From Chlorobiota bacterium (GTDB lineage Bacteria; Bacteroidota; Ignavibacteria; OLB7), in NCBI GenBank assembly GCA_028287785.1, contig JAQBOZ010000004.1:47288-111287 (forward strand): a stretch of DNA of 64,000 nt, given 5' to 3'. The position numbers and the translations under genes are program-made. Shown piece by piece: positions 1 to 9,907 of this stretch; position 1 is the first letter of the stretch, and every line of letters starts with the position of its first letter. A model generated the notes under the pieces. That model had not been told where the DNA came from. It did not search any database and saw only the letters and a list, made by a program, of their open reading frames with translations.

Positions 1-118
1 AAACGTGTTTTTGGCGGAGAATGCACCCATCCGGTTGTCATCTTTCATCTCATCTTCATTCACGGGGAATAACTTTCCCGCTTATAGTTACCGAAGCCCT
101 ATCGTGGATAAGAGCTGC

Positions 119-796
119 ATGAGAATTCTGGTGATTGAGGATGATCGAGGTATCGCGGATGTCATCCGCCGGGGACTGCATGAACAGCAGTATGCCGTCG
201 ACCTCGCGTTTGCGGGTGAGGATGGGGAATCGCTGGCGCTGAGTCGTCAGTACGATCTGATCATGCTCGATCTGATGCTTCCCACCAAAAGCGGCCGCGC
301 GGTCTGCGCCGATCTCCGTGGCGCCGGACTCCGCACGCCCATCATGGTGATGACCGCGCACGACGGCATCGACCAGCGCGAGGATTTGTTCCGCGCCGGG
401 GCGAATGATTATATCGCCAAGCCGTTCAATTTCTCCGATCTTCTGAAGCGCGTCGGCATTCTGGTCTCCGCGGTCGACGAGGATGTGAAGCCGCAGATGC
501 TGATGATCGGCGATCTCTGTCTCGATACGGTGAAGCGCGTTGCCATGCGTGGTGACACGCCGATCCGCCTTACCGCCAAGGAGTTCGATCTTCTGGAGTA
601 TTTCGTCACGCATCGGGATGCCGTGCTGACCCCCGCGATGATCAGCGAACGCGTCTGGAAGATGCGATTCGATCCTGAATCGAACATGATCGATTCCTCC
701 ATCCGGTTTCTCAAGAAAAAAATCGACGGCGCCGGGCGCGTTCCGTTGATTCAGATCCTCGCGGATGGCGGATATTCCTGCTCCGAATCCGTCTGA
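119..796 (+). CDS. OmpR/PhoB-family two-component response regulator (receiver + winged-helix output)
   Basis: ATG at 119 gives MRILVIEDDRGIADV. It has a receiver-like DLIMLDLMLP and IAKPF, and a C-terminal LTAKEFDLLEYF winged-helix signature. ORF 5..796 was trimmed to this start. No histidine kinase gene follows it. Confidence 0.85.
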   Translation: MRILVIEDDRGIADVIRRGLHEQQYAVDLAFAGEDGESLALSRQYDLIMLDLMLPTKSGRAVCADLRGAGLRTPIMVMTAHDGIDQREDLFRAGANDYIAKPFNFSDLLKRVGILVSAVDEDVKPQMLMIGDLCLDTVKRVAMRGDTPIRLTAKEFDLLEYFVTHRDAVLTPAMISERVWKMRFDPESNMIDSSIRFLKKKIDGAGRVPLIQILADGGYSCSESV

Positions 797-863
797 GCCA
801 CCGCTGTTCTCTCGTTTCGTGCCAGCCATCTTCCAGCATTTCCTTCGATCGCCGTATGATCGC

Positions 864-1176
864 GGGGTAGTGACTCAGGTTGGGATACGGTTCATGCTGT
901 TCGGGCTCATCGAGGGCATTCGGCATCTCTCCTTCCAGCCCCATCGGGGCGTACCGGTTGTAGCGATGCCACGTCTTCGATGATCTGAAGCTCCATCGGA
1001 GCGTACCATTCGGCACGGATGCGGGGATGGTACGCTCCGATGGAGCTTGAGCGGGAGCTGGGAGCATCGTTGCTACAACCGGCGCGCTCCTACGGAGCTT
1101 GAAGAGTGCAGCAGTGATGGCCGCCCGATGATTGTTCAGCAGATGGAAGACTGGATTCAACCTGAGTCACTACCCC
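864..1176. repeat. 313-bp palindromic, MITE-like non-coding element with 19-bp perfect terminal inverted repeats
   Basis: GGGGTAGTGACTCAGGTTG (864-882) is the exact reverse complement of CAACCTGAGTCACTACCCC (1158-1176). Nested arms pair about the same centre: 954-969 with 1064-1082, and a perfect 22-bp arm 988-1009 with 1027-1048. Only shadow ORFs overlap it. Confidence 0.6.
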
Positions 1177-1306
1177 ATTGAGGGGCAGGCGCGCGGCCTT
1201 TCCATGCCCATGTTCCGGCGGAGCATCCCCAATGCGCCGGCCTGCATTGGATAACGACATCACAACAATTCCCCCACACAATTCATTTACTTGGAGAGGA
1301 AGGACC

Positions 1307-3214
1307 ATGATGAGGAAGTTCACACGATTCTGTCTTATGGCCGGTTCCCTGCTCGCTACGGCGATCATGGGTTCATCGGCTTCCCGAGCGCAGTTGTTCG
1401 AGTATACCTACGGCGGGCCAAGCTGCGCCGAGGCGGGGAGAGGAGGGGCCAAGCAGGTCTCGACCGGCGGATATATCGCCGCCGGCGAGACGTACAGCAC
1501 CAGCACCAACTGCGTCACCTCGGACATCTACCTTGTCCGCACGAACAACGACGGATCGCTTGCGTGGTCGATGACGTACAACATCGGCAAGAACGATTCG
1601 GCGACCGATGTCGAGGAGGTGCTGCACGACCCGAGCGGCAACAGCGGATATGTCATCACCGGCGTCACCGACAACAGCTCGCCGCTGCACAGCCCGTGCG
1701 CGCCAAGCCGCGATGTGTTCATCCTGCGCGTCGACAAGTGCGGCGCGGTGATCTGGGTGCAGACCTACGGCCGCTCCACGCTCGATGAGATCGGCTATGA
1801 TATCGTCGAGGCGACCACGGGAACTCCAACGCTTGGAACCAACATCGGCGATTTCGTCGTTGCCGGCTCCGCCACCAACACCACCGGCCGCCGCGATGGA
1901 TATGTCCTGCGCGTGAAGCCGACGGGCGGGCTGATCTGGGATCAGACGTACGACAGCCCGAATCACGGCGATGACTACTGGTACGCGCTGGATGAGGCAT
2001 CGCTCAACGTGCCGGCCGGCAGGACCGCCGATATCATCATGGCTGGTGGAACGAACGGCTATTCCACCACCACGTACGATGCGTGGATGGCGCGCGTGGA
2101 CGGAACCAGCGGCAGGTTCACGGCGGCCGGGCATACGGCCGTGGCCCATACTCTTGCGCGCGATGAGGATCTCAGGTCGGTACAGCAGATCCGCACCGGC
2201 ACGCGCGCCGGGGAGATCGTTGCGGTGGGGCGCACCGGATCGACCTCGCTGAACATGGAGGTGCTGGTGCTGGAAACAAAGGCGGACGTCTGCTCGCCGA
2301 TTGTCTACAGGACGCTGGGTGATAACTCATCCCTTCCCGATGAGGGGTATTGCGTGCGGGAAATTCCTGCCGTTGCCGGCCCCGTTCCGGTTCCCAGCCA
2401 TATCATCATCACCGGCTATGTGACTCCTCCGGTCACCGCCGGCTTCGGTGGCAAGGATGCGTTCGCGCAGGAGTATGTCACCGGCACGCTGACCCCGGTT
2501 GCCCCTGTTACCACGATCTATGGCGGCGGGAAGGATGACTGGGGATGGTCGATCTCGCCGGTGACGGCCGTTGCCGGCTGCACCACCGCTGGCTTCATCA
2601 TGGCCGGCTTCACCAAGACGCCGTTCAACCCGGCCACGCCGAATGATCCGCAGCAGCTCTATCTGGTGAAGTCCGATGTCAACAGGAAGACCGGATGCGA
2701 GCGGACCTACGCTGCGGTCGACCGTCAGATCGACATGTCGCCGAAGTGCGCGCTGCCGTTCACCAACCCGATCGGCCTGAGCTGCCAGCCGCCGATCACC
2801 CGCCTCTGCGAGACCTGGCAGTTCCGCGTCTGCTTCAACGCCACCGGCACCACATTCTGCCCGGCTCCGGCCTGCCCCGCCTGCATCGCACCGGCCGAAC
2901 CGGCTCCCGCGAAGCTGAGTTCCGCGAGCACCGGAAGCGTGGTTGAGGTGATGGAAGGGGGGATGGCATCCTATCCGAACCCGATCAAGCGTGGCGGCAT
3001 CCTCAGCCTTCAGTACAATCTGCGCGAAGGCTCGCAGGTCAACGTGTCGATCTCCGATCTGGTCGGCCGCGAGGTCTACAACAGCACGGCGGCCTATAAC
3101 GCCGGAACAAGCACGCTTCCGGTCAACACGACCGGCTGGAGCGCCGGAGCATATGTGATCAAGATCACCGCCGGCGGCTCATCCCGCACCACAAGGATCA
3201 TCGTGACGGAATAG
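1307..3214 (+). CDS. Secreted repeat (beta-propeller-like) protein with a Cys-rich linker and a T9SS C-terminal sorting domain
   Basis: ATG at 1307 follows GGAGAGGAAGG and gives the signal peptide MMRKFTRFCLMAGSLLATAIMGSSASRAQ. It has repeated D-G-S/G-hydrophobic-W modules. The C-terminus SYPNPIKRGGILSLQY...GAYVIKITAGGSSRTTRIIVTE looks like a Por-secretion CTD. Confidence 0.75.
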   Translation: MMRKFTRFCLMAGSLLATAIMGSSASRAQLFEYTYGGPSCAEAGRGGAKQVSTGGYIAAGETYSTSTNCVTSDIYLVRTNNDGSLAWSMTYNIGKNDSATDVEEVLHDPSGNSGYVITGVTDNSSPLHSPCAPSRDVFILRVDKCGAVIWVQTYGRSTLDEIGYDIVEATTGTPTLGTNIGDFVVAGSATNTTGRRDGYVLRVKPTGGLIWDQTYDSPNHGDDYWYALDEASLNVPAGRTADIIMAGGTNGYSTTTYDAWMARVDGTSGRFTAAGHTAVAHTLARDEDLRSVQQIRTGTRAGEIVAVGRTGSTSLNMEVLVLETKADVCSPIVYRTLGDNSSLPDEGYCVREIPAVAGPVPVPSHIIITGYVTPPVTAGFGGKDAFAQEYVTGTLTPVAPVTTIYGGGKDDWGWSISPVTAVAGCTTAGFIMAGFTKTPFNPATPNDPQQLYLVKSDVNRKTGCERTYAAVDRQIDMSPKCALPFTNPIGLSCQPPITRLCETWQFRVCFNATGTTFCPAPACPACIAPAEPAPAKLSSASTGSVVEVMEGGMASYPNPIKRGGILSLQYNLREGSQVNVSISDLVGREVYNSTAAYNAGTSTLPVNTTGWSAGAYVIKITAGGSSRTTRIIVTE

Positions 3215-3244
3215 GAGGCCATGCCTCGTCCCGGTGATAACGCC

Positions 3245-3285
3245 ATGCGCCTCCGATCGGTCACGATCGGAGGCGCATCTGTTTC
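3245..3285 (+). terminator. Intrinsic terminator after the T9SS cargo gene
   Basis: A 15-bp perfect stem pairs ATGCGCCTCCGATCG (3245-3259) with CGATCGGAGGCGCAT (3264-3278). The loop is 4 nt and CTGTTTCC follows. Confidence 0.6.
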
Positions 3286-3562
3286 CGGCTCGATATGCTC
3301 CTGACGGTCATGAAACAATTGGGGGCGCGCCGGGTTTTGCTTGATGCCTGGAAAGCTTTCCACAAGGCAGTCAAAACCGGAAGCACCTGCGCCCAGGTTG
3401 GACCGGCGGCGAGGATCGGAGCGGCAACAAGGCGCCTGTTGCCGCATCGAGCCTGAACGGTGATATCGTGATGTCGCTATCCGGTTCGTCAGGAGATGAT
3501 CGGAGAGATCTCTTCCCGGTTTCCGTGGAAATCTCGGGGAGCGATTGATTATCACGCATATA

Positions 3563-6500
3563 TTATCTGATACGCACGATGTCTCCCTGCGAATGGCTCG
3601 CGAACTCCGGCGCGTACATCGACTGGATGGTCGAGATGCCGTTGGAGTAGACGCCGGCGTTCGACGCGCGAAGCGAGTACTCGAAGACATGATTCCCTTT
3701 CGGCAGCGCGCCGAAGAAGAAGTTCATCGACGCATCGCGGATGCTCATATAGTAGTCCAGCCCATTTCCCCATCGATATCCCGACAGCGATTCCACCGGC
3801 TCAAGCCCCGCCCCGCGCATATCCTTCAGGTGGACGTATTCCATATCGCGATCCACCCTGATCTCGATCCTCACCCTCAGCAGATCGCCCACCCGTAACG
3901 GGCTGCTCTCCGTGATCGGCTCCAGCTCCGCCCCGTGGTCCGTGGCGTTGACACGGTAGAGCTTCCGCTCGATGGCAAGCGGCGAGGCATGCGGCGTAAT
4001 CCTGTCGAGCTGCTCGAAGTACTGCCAGTAGAGCGCCCCCCAGCCGATTCCCGTTCCAGCGTTGCTCAGCGTCACCGATCCCATCTGCGGCCTGATCTCG
4101 TCTCCGTTCCATGTCCTCTTGGCATAGCCCGTGCCTGCCTCCGGGCGCACTCCATCGGTTCCGATGGGATCGACGCGCGTGGTGCCGATTGTCGCGGTAA
4201 CGCCGGAATCATCGTCGAGAAGGGAGGGGCCGGTGCCGAGGAGCGCGTAGCAGGCATCGGCGGTTGCCTTGGTGGTGCCCCAGTCGGAGACCTGCTTCTG
4301 TTTGAGGAGCCAGATTCGCATTTCATCGACCATCTTCCGGTCGCCCGTGATCTCGTTGAACGCCTCGATCAGCACCGACTGCGTTTCGACCGGCGCCTGA
4401 TACCACCACCACCCCTCGTCGAACTTCCACCAGGTTCCCAGATCATCGGAGTGAAGCGCCCGCTCGCGGAGCGAAGCGATGATCGCGGCGGATGTCCCTG
4501 CATCGCCACCACGGCTCATCGCCAGTGCTATCATCCCCTGGCTCATCAGGCTCATCTCCCCCCAGTGTTCCATTGCCTGCGCGCGCCAGAACTTCAACGA
4601 CTCGCGGCGCGCTCCATCCATCTGAATCTCCGGGTAGAAGCTCCGCATGTAGAGATACTGCGCCTCGGAATTTCCCAGATGGTTTTTCTTCGCATCGAAA
4701 CCCTTCATCGCGCGAAGCCTCTGATAGTCACGCGCCATGCTCCGGTCCAGAAACGCGACGGCGCTCTGCATCAGCGGTTTTATCTTCCCCTGCGCCTCGC
4801 TCTCGATGCCCAGCTTCCGCAGATGACCGAACCCGGTGGCGATATACTGCGTGATAAACCGATCGGTCGCCATGCCGGGAAACCACGGCCAGCCGCCGTC
4901 GGGTTGCTGGAGCGCGCGGAGCCGGTCGGCGGCGATGTTCAGGCCGTTCGCCATGCCGTTCAGATCGAACAGAAGGGCAATCCGTTTCTTCCGCTCGCTT
5001 TCGTCGCGACCCTGCATAACCCACGGGGTTTCCTCCAGCAGAATCGATTTCACCTCCTGGTTCTTCTCAAGACTGGAGAGGAGCGCGTCCGATGTTTTCC
5101 ATCGCTCGAACACGGTTCTGATCTTCGGGTTGGAGTTCACCAGATGGGAGGCAAGGCTGTTGGCGTAGTAGCGTTCGAATGTCTGCTCGGCGCACTCGTG
5201 CGGGAACTCCATCAGGTAGGGGAGGGCCTGGACCGCGTACCACGCCGGGTTCGATGTGATCTCCAGCGTCAGCCTGTGGTTGCGGAGCGTGTGCGATGTG
5301 CCGGAGCCGGTCAGCTTCGCCAGCTCGAACGTCCGGGTCTGTCCGGCGCGGATGTTCATCGGCAGCGTTTCGGTGACGAGCATTCTGTTCGGCAGGACGG
5401 GGATGGGCGCCTCCTCGCCATCGGAGAAGGAGCCGGCTTTCGCCACCACGCGATAGACCACGGGGCCGGCGCCCACCGGCACCACGAAGCTCCAGGATGA
5501 TGCGGCGTTCCCCTCCTTCAAGGCTGTGAACTTCTGCTCGGGCATCCGGTTTTCCCACGCGCTGTCCAGCGGCCGCATCGTGGCGGCGTCCAGCAGGTGA
5601 AGCGCCACATCCCCCTTCAATTCTCCCTTTGTCATATTGGTGATCTTCACCGCGAACGTCACGCTGTCCCCCTCGCGAAGAAACCGCGGCGCGTTGGTCA
5701 GCAGCATCAGATCCTTCTGCGTCACGGCGCTCTTCTCGATGGTCCCGATCTTCATGTCGGCGGTATGGGCAAACGCGATCATCCGCCAGCGCGTCAGTGC
5801 TTCCGGCGCGGTGAAGCGGATCACAATCTCCCCCTTCTCGCTGGTGGTCAGGCTCGGGTAGAAGAACGCGGTTTCATTCAGGTTCTTCCGGATGCCGACG
5901 CCGGAGAGCGCTTCGGCGACGCTTCCATGCGAGCGGTCATCGGCTTCTCTGCCATCGCGTTTGAAGTCGAACATGCCTGACTCATAGCTGTCGATCGACT
6001 GTGTGGAAACCGTTGCGTAAGTCCCCCGTATGCCGAAGCCATTCTGCCCGGTGGCACTGCCCTTGCCCGTGGTATTGACCACGCCGGAAAGCACGGCTCC
6101 ATTTTCCTCCAATACCTCGTTTTCGTTCAGCATCTCCCTGTGGTGTCTAAAGCCACCTCCGAACCCTCCTCTGGCGAACATGTGGAGATCCAGATCCTTG
6201 TACCGGTTGCCCTGGCGCGGGTAGGCGATATTCCAGTTTTTCTGCATGAGATCCCCCTCGGCCACGCTGAAAGTGTGATCATCGATCGAGATCAGCCGTT
6301 CATTGCTCGGCCATCGAAACCTGTTCCAGTCCGCGTTCGGATAGATGGCGTCAAGCGATGCGTCGTAGAGCGTGGCGACCATTTCGGCGGCGACCTTGTC
6401 GGCCCTGGAGCCGGTGATCGTGAACCGCCATTCCTCGGGAGCGCCGGGGCTCATCTTATCGCGGAAGCTCGCGGTTTCGATGCGGAGTTCCTTGTTCGTC

Positions 6501-9500
6501 CAGGGGACATCGATATCGATATCCCTGCTGTACAGCCTGTAGTCGCGGACGAAGTAGATGTGAACGGCCATCCCGCCGCGGTCCTTCTCCGCGACAGGCA
6601 GGATGAATTGGCGGACCTCATCGGAGAGTGTTGTCCGTTCCTCGCGGATCACCTCGCCATTCCGTTCCACCTCGATCGTCACCGGAACGTCGCGGTAGCT
6701 GGTGCCGTAGAGGATGACGGCCGTATCGCCCGGCTGGAAGGATTGGGCCGGCTCGATCACGAAGAGCGCGCTCCTCGTCGGCATCGCGTGGCTCGACGGA
6801 TCGTAGGCGGTGCTTTCGAGGCCGGCCGTAATCGTATCTCCCGATGGGTCGCGACCCATCACGCGAACGCGGTAACTGCCGGGCGCAAGCCCTGCCAGCG
6901 CCACCGAATCCTTTCCGGTTGTATCGGCGCGGAACGGGCGCCGCAGGATGATCCGTTCCACCTCGCCGCCATCGCTGGGGGGAGTGCCGTATTCATCGTT
7001 CGGAAAGTCCCGGCTGAACTCCTCGCGCGTCATCGCGAACCTGTCGGGCGGATCGAGGAGCCTGCGACGTGTCAGATGATCCGGCTCCCGCATCTTCTCG
7101 ACGATCACCATCCCGGCGGCGGCCACCGGCTTTCCGTTCAGGTTGCTCGTGCCGATTTGCAGCATCGCCGTGTCGCGCGTGGAGAATGTTTCTGCCAGAC
7201 CGGCGGTGATCGCCAGCGATGTATAGCCGATGGTGATGGTGGTTGCCCGGGATGATGTTTCGCCGTTCAGATCGGTGACGTTCGCCTCCACGACGTACCG
7301 GAAGACGGGGAGATTGGAACGGTCTGCCGAGCTGTCGGGGCGGGCGACGAAGGGGATCTCGAACTTTCCCGAGGCGTCGGTGTGGGCCGTGCCGGTGGCG
7401 ATCGTGGCGTCCACCATCGGCTCCTGCCATCCACGGTTCCAGTAGGGAAAGGATGTCCGGCGGGAAACAGTGTACCTGACCACGGCGCCATCCACGGCGG
7501 AACCGGCGAACGACCGGGCGCTGCCCCTCGCGATGATGGTTTCGCCAAGGCGGTGATTTCCTTCGAGCGGATCGAGCGTTACCTCGAACTTCGGACGCCT
7601 GTACTCCTCGACGCGGATAGGGTGACGCTCATCCGCGCATCTGATCTCCATCGTTCCGGTGAGCCCTCCCACCGGAATGGTGAACGTCCCGTCGAACGAG
7701 CCGAATGCGTTGGTGGTCAGCGTAGCCTTCGCGATGGACCGGTCGTTCTGATCGAACAGTTCAACGTTCATCGGGCGCCCTTCCACCGCCTTGAAGTCGG
7801 GGATCGCCGGATCCTGATGATAGAGTATTCCCTTGAAATGGATCGTCTGCCCCGGCCGATAGATCTCCCTGTCGGTGAAGAGGATCACCTGGCTATCCCT
7901 TTGCGTCTGGCTCCGCTCATCCAGTGTGATGTTATCGTCCACCCAGAGCCGGTCATCTCCCGCTCGGAGTTCAACCACCTCGGCATCGTAGCCCGCATCG
8001 GGAGGGAGCAGAGGGAGGGTGAATCTTCCATCGCGATCGGTTGTTCCGCTTTTGTTGATCTGATACCCAAGATTCCTTCGGTCGTATCGGTTGGCGGTCT
8101 TGTAGAGATTGACCGTAACGCCCGGCATCGGGACGCCGGTGGCGGCATCGCGAACATCGAACACGGTTCCGGTTTCAATACGATCGAATGTTCGCAGGCT
8201 GAGGCGCGTGGATGTCAATGTGCTGTAGGCAATCGCGTTGGAGTCGGCCCGGAAACTCCGGTCGGGGCTGATCAGCAGGAGATAGACCCCCCTGTCCACC
8301 GGCGGAATCCGTATCTCGGTGGTGTGGATGATATGATCGCCGGGATCGGGGAGCGGCTGGCTCCATTCCAGCTTCGGCGAGCGTTTGAGCAGCGACTGAA
8401 ACAGCTCGTCCCCCTGCGAGAGATAGCGGAGATAGAACCTGCCATCCGACTGGATATCGCTCAAATCGACCAGCCTGCAATGCACCATCGCGATATCCTT
8501 GAAGCTGATGCCCGCGAGCGATGGAGCATTCGGAAGGACGGTCTTTTCGGTGGCGATGCTCAACTGTTCCCGAAGGATGTCGGCCCGGAGCACTTTCGCA
8601 TTCGTGGCTCCCCGCGACTCCGGGAAGCGTGCCATCGCCTGATTCGCCAGGCGAAGCGCTTCGCGATTCTCATGCCGATCGTAGGCATCGGCCGCCAGGA
8701 GATAGATGACATCGTTCTCCAGCGGCGTCCCCGAGGTCTTTCGCCGAAGCGCCGCAAGCGCATCGGCCCAGGCCGCCTGACTGCCCGGCGCGACCGTGAT
8801 TTCCCGGATGAACTGAAGCCGTTCAATCTCCAGATCCACAAGCGCATCGAGCGATGGATCGCCGAGATGGGCCGCCGTAAGCCGTCGCATCAGCCGGAGC
8901 GCGGTGTAGGCGGGCGCGGCGCTGTCGGCCGGCGCGGGCTCGGAGAAGGTCGCGAAGCGTTCGGCGGGAAGGAAGCCCTGAACGTCCGCAAGCCGGTAGT
9001 TCTCGCGACCGAGCCAGGAATAGTCGAACCCGTGAAAGGAATCGAATGCGCGGTGTGCAAGCAGATCGAAGAGGGTGGGGCGCAGGTTCCGGGCGATGGA
9101 GTCGCTGGTCAGGATATGGTCGTACTCCACGATCGGAATCCTTCGCAGCTCATCCTCGGGTCGCAGCGATTCCAGATAGAGCGCCCGCGTGGTGTCGTAG
9201 ATGGCGGCCGGGCTCCACGTTCTGAAATCGCTCCCCCGATCGTGCGGGTTATCGGTTCGCGAGCCGATCCTCCAGCGGTTGGAGATGAGATAGTTCCCGT
9301 AGAACTCCGCCAGCTCCGACGAAAGGATGGCGCGGGCAGCCGGCCCGGATTTCGCGATCTCATCGCGAAGCTGCGTTGCGATCACGGAATCGCCATCGCT
9401 CTGCAGTTGCGCGTTTAAAGAGACCTTGTAGTTGATCGCCTTGATGATCTGCGGCTCGTTCCTCTCCTCACGCGCGCGCTGATAGATCTCCTCCACAATC

Positions 9501-9691
9501 TCCAGCGCCGACTTCGGCAGGCGCTTGCCGAGCAGCGCTGTTACCTGCGCCCAGGCGTTGTTATAGTACTCGTCGGGATAGAGAAAGAGGACGCGGTTGA
9601 AATGAACCAGCCGCTGGGACCGCGTCGGGGACGGGGCCAGAAGGCCGAGCAGGATGATCAGGGGAAGAGCGAGTTGGGAGAAACGTCGCAT
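3563..9691 (-). CDS. Alpha-2-macroglobulin family protein (giant bacterial A2M, about 2,042 aa)
   Basis: The start at 9691 gives the signal peptide MRRFSQLALPLIILLGLLAPSPTRSQ. The body has a long run of MG-type beta-sandwich-like sequence. It also has a thioester-type motif FPHECAEQT and a terpenoid-cyclase-like TED region (QQPDGGWPWF). ORF 3563..9826 was trimmed. Confidence 0.85.
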   Translation of the reverse strand: MRRFSQLALPLIILLGLLAPSPTRSQRLVHFNRVLFLYPDEYYNNAWAQVTALLGKRLPKSALEIVEEIYQRAREERNEPQIIKAINYKVSLNAQLQSDGDSVIATQLRDEIAKSGPAARAILSSELAEFYGNYLISNRWRIGSRTDNPHDRGSDFRTWSPAAIYDTTRALYLESLRPEDELRRIPIVEYDHILTSDSIARNLRPTLFDLLAHRAFDSFHGFDYSWLGRENYRLADVQGFLPAERFATFSEPAPADSAAPAYTALRLMRRLTAAHLGDPSLDALVDLEIERLQFIREITVAPGSQAAWADALAALRRKTSGTPLENDVIYLLAADAYDRHENREALRLANQAMARFPESRGATNAKVLRADILREQLSIATEKTVLPNAPSLAGISFKDIAMVHCRLVDLSDIQSDGRFYLRYLSQGDELFQSLLKRSPKLEWSQPLPDPGDHIIHTTEIRIPPVDRGVYLLLISPDRSFRADSNAIAYSTLTSTRLSLRTFDRIETGTVFDVRDAATGVPMPGVTVNLYKTANRYDRRNLGYQINKSGTTDRDGRFTLPLLPPDAGYDAEVVELRAGDDRLWVDDNITLDERSQTQRDSQVILFTDREIYRPGQTIHFKGILYHQDPAIPDFKAVEGRPMNVELFDQNDRSIAKATLTTNAFGSFDGTFTIPVGGLTGTMEIRCADERHPIRVEEYRRPKFEVTLDPLEGNHRLGETIIARGSARSFAGSAVDGAVVRYTVSRRTSFPYWNRGWQEPMVDATIATGTAHTDASGKFEIPFVARPDSSADRSNLPVFRYVVEANVTDLNGETSSRATTITIGYTSLAITAGLAETFSTRDTAMLQIGTSNLNGKPVAAAGMVIVEKMREPDHLTRRRLLDPPDRFAMTREEFSRDFPNDEYGTPPSDGGEVERIILRRPFRADTTGKDSVALAGLAPGSYRVRVMGRDPSGDTITAGLESTAYDPSSHAMPTRSALFVIEPAQSFQPGDTAVILYGTSYRDVPVTIEVERNGEVIREERTTLSDEVRQFILPVAEKDRGGMAVHIYFVRDYRLYSRDIDIDVPWTNKELRIETASFRDKMSPGAPEEWRFTITGSRADKVAAEMVATLYDASLDAIYPNADWNRFRWPSNERLISIDDHTFSVAEGDLMQKNWNIAYPRQGNRYKDLDLHMFARGGFGGGFRHHREMLNENEVLEENGAVLSGVVNTTGKGSATGQNGFGIRGTYATVSTQSIDSYESGMFDFKRDGREADDRSHGSVAEALSGVGIRKNLNETAFFYPSLTTSEKGEIVIRFTAPEALTRWRMIAFAHTADMKIGTIEKSAVTQKDLMLLTNAPRFLREGDSVTFAVKITNMTKGELKGDVALHLLDAATMRPLDSAWENRMPEQKFTALKEGNAASSWSFVVPVGAGPVVYRVVAKAGSFSDGEEAPIPVLPNRMLVTETLPMNIRAGQTRTFELAKLTGSGTSHTLRNHRLTLEITSNPAWYAVQALPYLMEFPHECAEQTFERYYANSLASHLVNSNPKIRTVFERWKTSDALLSSLEKNQEVKSILLEETPWVMQGRDESERKKRIALLFDLNGMANGLNIAADRLRALQQPDGGWPWFPGMATDRFITQYIATGFGHLRKLGIESEAQGKIKPLMQSAVAFLDRSMARDYQRLRAMKGFDAKKNHLGNSEAQYLYMRSFYPEIQMDGARRESLKFWRAQAMEHWGEMSLMSQGMIALAMSRGGDAGTSAAIIASLRERALHSDDLGTWWKFDEGWWWYQAPVETQSVLIEAFNEITGDRKMVDEMRIWLLKQKQVSDWGTTKATADACYALLGTGPSLLDDDSGVTATIGTTRVDPIGTDGVRPEAGTGYAKRTWNGDEIRPQMGSVTLSNAGTGIGWGALYWQYFEQLDRITPHASPLAIERKLYRVNATDHGAELEPITESSPLRVGDLLRVRIEIRVDRDMEYVHLKDMRGAGLEPVESLSGYRWGNGLDYYMSIRDASMNFFFGALPKGNHVFEYSLRASNAGVYSNGISTIQSMYAPEFASHSQGDIVRIR
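5183..5194 (-). other. Putative thioester motif C-A-E-Q inside the A2M gene
   Basis: Plus-strand CTGCTCGGCGCA is the reverse complement of TGC GCC GAG CAG (CAEQ). Cys and Gln of the canonical CxEQ thioester are both retained. Confidence 0.5.
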
Positions 9692-9907
9692 GGTGCCGCA
9701 CCTGTGTCGATGATGGATATCTGGATCGCCGGCGCGCGCAATGCGTCTCCGGCGATCATCGGTTACCGGGGAGATACACGCGTAAGCCGGATTTTGATAC
9801 TCATTCGCCGGGGAGGCATCGCGCAACGCCGGACGCCGGCGGTTGAATCAAAACAATTGAACATTGGGGAGAGGACGAGGAGCGGCCCATCTGTAACCCG
9901 TGCCCCG

